Source: Selaginella moellendorffii
Taxonomy: Eukaryota > Plantae > Lycopodiophyta
Assembly: GCF_000143415.4 (NCBI RefSeq)
Contig: NW_003314323.1
Span: forward strand, 186,001-250,000
Length of the DNA stretch: 64,000 nucleotides
Direction: 5' to 3'
Part shown: in pieces, positions 57,495 to 64,000 of the stretch
Layout of the letters: every line of letters begins with the position of its first letter
Numbering within the stretch: the stretch's first letter is position 1
Notes under the pieces: generated by a model
What the model was told of the DNA's origin: nothing
Database searches by the model: none
What the model saw: only the letters and a program-made list of their open reading frames with translations
Position numbers and translations under genes: made by a program

Positions 57495-60400
57495 AGATGC
57501 TACTGCTGCTACCGCTGACACTGTGCTGACACTGTGGCAGAAGCTCAACTCCAGGCACTCGTCTTGCAGCTGGAGCTCAACCAGCATGTGCAGAGGACAT
57601 GCCTTGCCGCACACCAAGCAGTCGCTGCTAGAAGTGGTGCTTGCCACTGCCAGGTGATGATGATCCAAAAGCTGGACACCAGTGTTGCTGATGCTGCTGC
57701 TGCTGCTCTCGTATGCCATGCTGCTGCAGGAGCTTTTCCAGACAATGCAATCCAGATTGCCATCCATCATCAATTGCTGTGCTTCCTCAACTCCCTCTAA
57801 ACTCTTCTCACTGTCTTGGCAAGGGAGTGTCACTTGTGATTGAAGAACTTCTTCCACAGCTGCTAAGGCTCCTTGTTAGGTGCCACATGGTTAACATAGT
57901 CAAAGGAGGCTCAAGCATGTTAGGGTAAGGGACTTAACCTACCTTAAGGCTTTGGTGGCACAGTGGAGCTTTTGAGGTAGCTCAGGGGTGGATCTTAACA
58001 TTGATATCAGAAGCATACATCTTTGAAATAGGTTTGTTGTAATGGAAAAGCATTTTCAAGTTGCTTGTTGTTTATTCGTGACTTGGGGGACCAAGGCACG
58101 TGTGGGGGAGAAGCAGCAATACAGGATGTACTCGATGAGTTTTTTGATGTTTTTTCATTTGAACTTCCTCATGGGTTACCTCCATTACGAGGTGTGGAGC
58201 ATAGGATTACGTTGGAGCCGGGAATGTGACCAATTTACTAGTGTCCATTTTGGTTAAGTTATATGAAGGAGCAAGAAGTTCAATGACAAATCAAGGAGTT
58301 ACTTGAGTTTGGATTTATTCATCCAAGTAAGTCTTTGTTTGGTGCTTCAGTCTTGCTTGTGAAAAAGAAGAACAGTTCAATGCAAATATGTATTGACTAC
58401 CGTGCCTTGAACAAAAAAACAGTGAAGGATAAAATGCCAATGCCACATATAGATGATATCTTAGACAAACTTGGTGAAGCATGAGTGTTTACCAAGATTG
58501 ATTTGAGGAGCGAATATCATCAGATTGAAATGGATGAAGCATTTATCTCCAAGATGGCATTTAACACAAGTTTCAAACATTTTGAGTTTATAGTTATGCC
58601 ATTTAGTTTGACAAATGCACTAGGCACATTTACTTGGTTGATGACGGAGGTATTTGGGCATTATCTTTATAAGTTTGTGGAGATTTTTTTGGACAATATT
58701 TTTGTTTTCAGCAAAAATATGGAGGATCATAAAGTGCATTTGTGCAAAGTTCTTTTGCTACTTTGTGATAGCAAATTTTATATAAAGAAGAACAAATATA
58801 AGTTTGCAAAGTTGGAGGTGAAATACTTAATCCATATTGTGATATTTAAGGGTGTCAAAACAAATCTAAGGAAGGTGGTTGCGATGGAGAATTGGCTTAC
58901 ACCAACTTTAGTGGCTGAATTATGCAACTTTCTTGGTATGACTAGTGACTACTGACGTTTCCAGCATAAGTTTGTGGAGGTGGCTATTCCTTTGATACAG
59001 TTGTTATGCAAAAGCGTGCTATTTGAGTGGAAAAAGCCACAAGAGGAGATTTTTGTGGCACTGAAACGATTGTTAAGCGAGGCTCTAGTGTTTCGCATTA
59101 CTAATCCATCAAAACAATATGAGATAATATGCGATGCAAGTGGTTGAGCATTATGAAGAGTTCTCATATAAGAGAGATAGCCTATTGCATATGAAAGTCA
59201 AATTTTGAATCCCATAGAACAACATTATTTCCTATATGAGTAAGAGTTACTCTCTATTGTTTATGCTTTGCAGACATAACAACACTATCTTTATAGTGTA
59301 GTGTTTGTAGTGTTGACGGATCATAAACCACTTATGTATCTTTTTGAACAAAAGGAGTTGAACACTAAGCAAGCTTGTTGGATGGTCAAACTTATGGAGT
59401 TTGGGGAATTTCCTATTGAGCATCACCCAGGAAAATCAAATATGGTGGCAAATGCTTTATCTCGTGTTCGTCATGTGATAACATTACAAACACGGTTTTG
59501 TCATCATTTAAGTAAAGTGGTCAGTGAGTTTAGACAGTTAGTTGAGCGTGCTTAGGCTTAGAATGCTAAGGTGGCCTCTTTGCGCAACTAGATGGAAGAC
59601 CATCTTTCTAATCGCATTGCACCGTTGCAAATGTTGCTAAAGTCATCAACGTCATATTTCATTTGGTCTTCGGATTGTGAGTGGCTGTTTGAAGATCTCA
59701 AAGAGCTGTTGACGACTCCTCCGCCCCTTTCTCATAAGTGGATGGAATTCTCTATTACAATGGCCGTGTATATTTACTATGAGTGGATGTGTTAATTACT
59801 CAAGTTTTATTCCACTATCATAATCTTCCAAAAGCTGGTTATTTTGGGGGAAAGAAGACATATGAGTTAATTAAGTGAAATTTTTATTGGAGGAATATGA
59901 AAGCTCATATCCTTGAATATTGTAAATCATGCAAGCTTTGTCAACAAGTAAAGGTCCTATGGGAAAAGCTAGAGAATCTTTTGCAACCTTTACATATTCC
60001 TTAGAGTCATTAGTGTAGTATCTCTATGGACTTCATTATTTGTTTGCCATGAACACAGATGCAAAAGAAGCAAATATGGGTTATAATGGATCGGTTGATA
60101 AAGTATGTGCAGTTGTTGGCTCTTTGGAAAACTATTACTACCTTAAACTTGGCTACAGTCTACTTGGAAAAGGTTTTTCCTGATTTTAGTTTGCTAGAGG
60201 ACATCATTAGTGATCGAAATTCAAATTTCACAAGTGGATTTTGGAAAAGCTTTGCGAAGGCTATGCAAGGGATTTTGAAACTCTCAAGTGGAGATCATCC
60301 TCAGATGGATGGGCAAACTGAGGTGAATCAAATGGTGGAGGATATGCTATATTGTAGCATTGATTAAAGGCAAGGACAATGAGATTTATATCTTCCATTG

Positions 60401-61585
60401 GTGCAATTTGTTTACAATAATAGTCAATATAGTGGAACCAAGCTAAGTCCTTACTTTGCCATGTTTGGAAGGCATTCCTGAATAGCAATAGAGTTGGGAT
60501 TGCATTTAAGTAAGGACATTCAAAATAAGCTTGATTCTAAGGCAACTAATTTGGCCACAATACTTGATGAGATTCTGGTGGTATACAAATGGGATTTATA
60601 GGCAACTCAGGATAGAGTGGAGAAGTTTGCTAATAAGCATTGTCAATTCCAGGAATATAAAGTGGGTGATCTCATCTTCATGTGAGTGATCTTTCCATTA
60701 AGTGAACAGTGGAACACTTTGGTGCCTTTACAAACAAGGAAGAGCGACAAACTTTCCCATCAATATGCTAGTCTATATGAAGTGCTGGAGTGCATTGGTA
60801 AGTGGTTTATTAGGTGCGGCTGCCAGTTGGGGTGAAAATTCATTCAGTATTTTATGTTCACCAATTGAAAAGTATACTATCTCAAAGTGACAAACCCAAT
60901 GCCTCCTTAATATATATGGCTGTGGAAGATGGATTAAGAGTTTGAGTAAGGTTTCCCAAAAAGGGTGATCACAGGTATAATTTGTCCTTGGGACAAAGAC
61001 TTTGTTAGGGGGGAAGAATTATTAAGCATTAACTTTGACCACATGGTTAACATTGGTCAAAAGGAAGCTCAAAGGTATATTATAAAGCATGTTAAGGTAA
61101 GAGACTTAACTTAAATGGTGGCACAGTGAAACTTTTGAAGTAGTTCAAGGGTGGTTGGGTAATGAAGAATCTCAAGATGAGGCATAGCATAGTTTGGGAA
61201 GACTAAATTGTGCTAGATCATAACACTCCTCCCTTTGGCCTTGAATCTGACATGGGAGTTCCAATGGTTCTTGACATTGTTGTCCATTCTCCCAGGAAGT
61301 TGAGTAGCAAAGTAAGCCCACCTACACAGTGAAGGGAGAGATGTCGATCTGAAGCCAAAGACTCAAGCAAAGTAAAGTACCTGTTTCCAACCAATTCATG
61401 CAGTTGACAGAGAGTTTCCTCCTCCTGCTCGCTGAATTTTCCGTGCCTCAACTCTGGTCTCATCCATCTCAGCCTGCAACTCTTGCCAGTTCTCTGTTCT
61501 AAGCTCTCGAAAATAAAAGACAAAACAGCAATCCCAATCTCCTGTGACAGTGGAATTAATAAAAACTTGGGCATGCTCATGGTCG
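57495..61585 (-). pseudogene. R2R3-MYB pseudogene (paralog B), 5'-truncated and split by a Gypsy insertion
   Basis: [25 protein letters not shown]...VGNR|WAYFATQLPGRMDNNVKNHWNSHVR at 61500-61240; C-terminal part beyond the insertion carries LMMDGNLDCIVWK, matching [12 protein letters not shown] of the intact MYBs. Confidence 0.85.
57874..61225 (+). mobile_element. Degenerate, internally deleted Ty3/Gypsy retrotransposon
   Basis: TSD CTCCT (57869-57873, 61226-61230); diverged LTRs 57874-58000 and ~61020-61225; decayed PBS TGATATCAGA; PPT AGGGGGGAAGAA; RT (FTKIDLRSEYHQI, FEFIVMPFSLTNA), RNase H (TDHKPL, NMVANALSR), integrase (SGDHPQMDGQTE); no gag seen. Confidence 0.9.
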
Positions 61586-61609
61586 GTTGATAGATCAGCT
61601 AGTGATGAG

Positions 61610-62056
61610 CATACTTGCATTTGAACGGGTACGATTAATAAAAAATGCCGTTTAAAACGTGTGTATAATATGGCGTTTAAAACGGTGTTTAAACACCAAG
61701 AATATTTTTGAAAAACCCTAAAGAATATGCTTTCTTTTACTTAGGATTAGGGTTCATGTAAAATCAGGGTTGGTGGGATCCAGAAGCGCTAAAGTAAGTC
61801 TGGGATGGGGGGAGGAAGGCAGCCATGCTGAAGCTAGGGTCATGTTCTGAAACTGAGGCCGACATCCGAAATAAGCCACAGCGTGAATCCATGGAAGTGT
61901 AAGTATTGCTCAAATTTTGTTTAGTAACAGTTAAGTATTTTTTAATTATATTAAAACTGAAAACCATTATACCCGTTCGAAAAAAAGCTAAACAGGTATT
62001 AAACATTCAATACCCATTTGAATCCGGTTGCGTTTGAATGTTCGGATGCAAGTATG
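61610..62056. mobile_element. Non-autonomous hAT element (MITE-like, 447 bp)
   Basis: 17-bp TIRs CATACTTGCATTTGAAC / CATACTTGCATCCGAAC; 8-bp TSD GTGATGAG/GTGACGAG; absent from the paralogous site at ~36380. Confidence 0.9.
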
Positions 62057-62823
62057 GTGACGAGAGTGTAAAGTGACAATTTCAAAGATTCCCTGGCCAA
62101 ATGCCTGATGTCCAGTGCCTGGATAGAGAAAATGAAGAGAAGAAGAACCAAAAAGGAAACTCAAGAAAAATCTAGATTTCTTATACCTTGCTGCGAATGC
62201 AAAGGCTAGCCATGGCTGGACGGTTCTTGGATCCCGGTCCTCGCGCCGATAATTCTCCCCGATCGATCGAGATGGTCGCGTCCTGGATGAGCAGCTGGTG
62301 CTGCCGCAAGATCCACAGCACGCTCAGCAGCAATCCCTCGCACATACTGCAGCTCATGCTCAAGAACTCGAATTCACAGATGTGGAGCCCCACGGGACCG
62401 CCACCACGATCCATCACCGGCAACGAGGAGCTTGCGATCATCAAATTCCTTGACTTACAGCGGCGTTGATCCTCGAGCACGGATTTCCTGAGCGCCAGCT
62501 CCTGGATTTGGCGCTGCAGTGACTGGATCAGCGCCATTGCCTTGGCGATGACCTCGCATTGATCCATCTGTACAGCAAAGAAGCAAGCAAAGCATTTAGC
62601 CCTTTGTTTGTTCTTGGCTGAGAATCCTAGCGATCGATCGAATGTGATGGATGGAGCGAGAGATTACTACCTTCCAGGATTGCGATTGGAGCGGTAGCAG
62701 CACGCGCAGTCGATCATACAGCTCCTGGACCTCCTTCCGCCGCTCGCGCTCCGACCAGATGTGATTGATCCGCTGCATGTAACTCCGGCTCCGCCCTCCC
62801 TGCGCCGGGATTAGATGATCCAT
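61999..62823 (-). CDS. bHLH ZHOUPI/bHLH95-like (copy C, recent duplicate of A) with MITE-derived C-terminus
   Basis: Near-identical to 36370-37156; exon 3 reads ALDIRHLARESLKLSLYTLVT into the MITE (ILASEHSNATGFKWVLNV*). Confidence 0.8.
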
Positions 62824-63032
62824 GGCCGCGATCCTCCTCCTCTCGCACGAAGTCTTCGAAATCTTTTGGAATAGTCAAGCACCAAAGGAATTATAAATAT
62901 TCCGAACTTTCTTTCCAGGGAATCACACCGTACGCGCGGTGTTTATGATCTGTATAGAAGCCCAGACTCGTGGTACGATGCTTGCAATGCCCGTGAACGC
63001 CTGGGCGAAGTCCGTGGATCATGCCTTGGCTT

Positions 63033-63793
63033 CTACCTCATGAAGCACTGCCAGACAACGCAGCCAAGATCGCCATCCATCAAAGGGCTTTGACCGTGTG
63101 ATTGTAGCGATGCTGATGATCCAGCACTAGACGTCGCCGCTGGAGACGAGGCTGATTCTTCTGCTGGATTGCCTTGGAGGAGGTGAGTATCATGAAACTC
63201 TTCTCCTGCGGGGTCTGGAATCTCCGGCGTGGGAGGAGATGGAGGTGGGTCGCTTCTTTCATGATCTTGAGAAACGGGTGAGTGGGCTACAAATGCCTTG
63301 TTCCTGATGCGCGAGTTCCACTGGTTCTTCACATCGTTGTCTGTTCTTCCGGGAAGCTGGGAAGCAATGTAAGCCCACCTGTGATTGATATCAGTGATGA
63401 GGATAAAAACGTGATGGTGCCGGATCAAACACCTGTTTCCAACAAGCCCATGGAGCTCGATGAGCTTTTGATTCTCCTCGTCGCTGAATTTCCCACGTTT
63501 TAGGTCCGGCCTCAAGTAGTTCATCCACCTTAGCCTACAGCTCTTCCCACTTCTTTGGAGCCCTGCAAGAAAGCAGCGAAATCGGTCCTATAGAAAACTG
63601 AGTGAGTGAGATCGTCAATCAAACCCGCAAGCTTGGGAACAGTGGTCCATACGTTTCCACACCCGTGCTGCAGTATGAAATTCAGCAATAGCTCGTCCTC
63701 TTCTGGTGACCACAGTCCCTTCCTCACGATCGAGCTCGAGCTCGTCGCGCCTCCCAATTCATGATCATCGGGTTGTTCTCTTCTCGAGACCAT
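63033..63793 (-). CDS. R2R3-MYB transcription factor (copy C, recent duplicate of A)
   Basis: Near-identical to 37366-38126 with the same intron positions. Confidence 0.93.
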
Positions 63794-64000
63794 GGATCGG
63801 TGAAGAACTTTGTGACAAGGATTTCAAAGAAGATGAATTCATTTCAAGCTTGCTCTTTTGGTCATGGATCAAACTCATGGAAGGACAATATCAGTTGACG
63901 CACATTTCTCACATTCCAACCACCATACACAAAAACACGGTAATGTTTTCATTTTTTTTTCTTCTGTCTTCTTCTTTTTGTCTCAGCTTCATATTAAGAA

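Larger units (their letters stand above)
61490..64000 (+). repeat. Segmental duplicate of ~36263-38333
   Basis: Collinear high identity including introns, intergenic spacer and upstream region, apart from the MITE. Confidence 0.93.

Overview
Eukaryotic (plant) genomic DNA. The very short GT-AG introns, tight gene packing, dense PLS/E/DYW PPR genes and overall style suggest a lycophyte such as Selaginella (inference, not verified). 1-18 kb is gene-dense: AAGAB/IRC6-like, SAUL1/PUB44-like U-box/ARM E3, THEP1-like NTPase, NOSIP, tRNA-Glu(TTC), CRM-domain splicing factor, a 2xTudor + RCC1-like + AT-hook protein and a DYW PPR. 18-33 kb is a PPR cluster with a deletion-riddled segmental duplicate and an AT-rich intronless secreted bulb-type-lectin gene. 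33-36 kb holds APR-like thioredoxin and SDR42E1-like genes head-to-head. 36-64 kb is an alternating same-strand array of R2R3-MYB and ZHOUPI(bHLH95)-like bHLH genes (MYB-bHLH x3). It is interrupted by a 15.5-kb transposon nest (Gypsy containing a 5S-bearing Cassandra-type TRIM and a LARD-like LTR element, which itself contains an intact hAT transposon), a second Gypsy and a hAT MITE. TSDs are readable for all inserted elements except the outer Gypsy, where the site is ambiguous. Exon boundaries and identities were read by eye.
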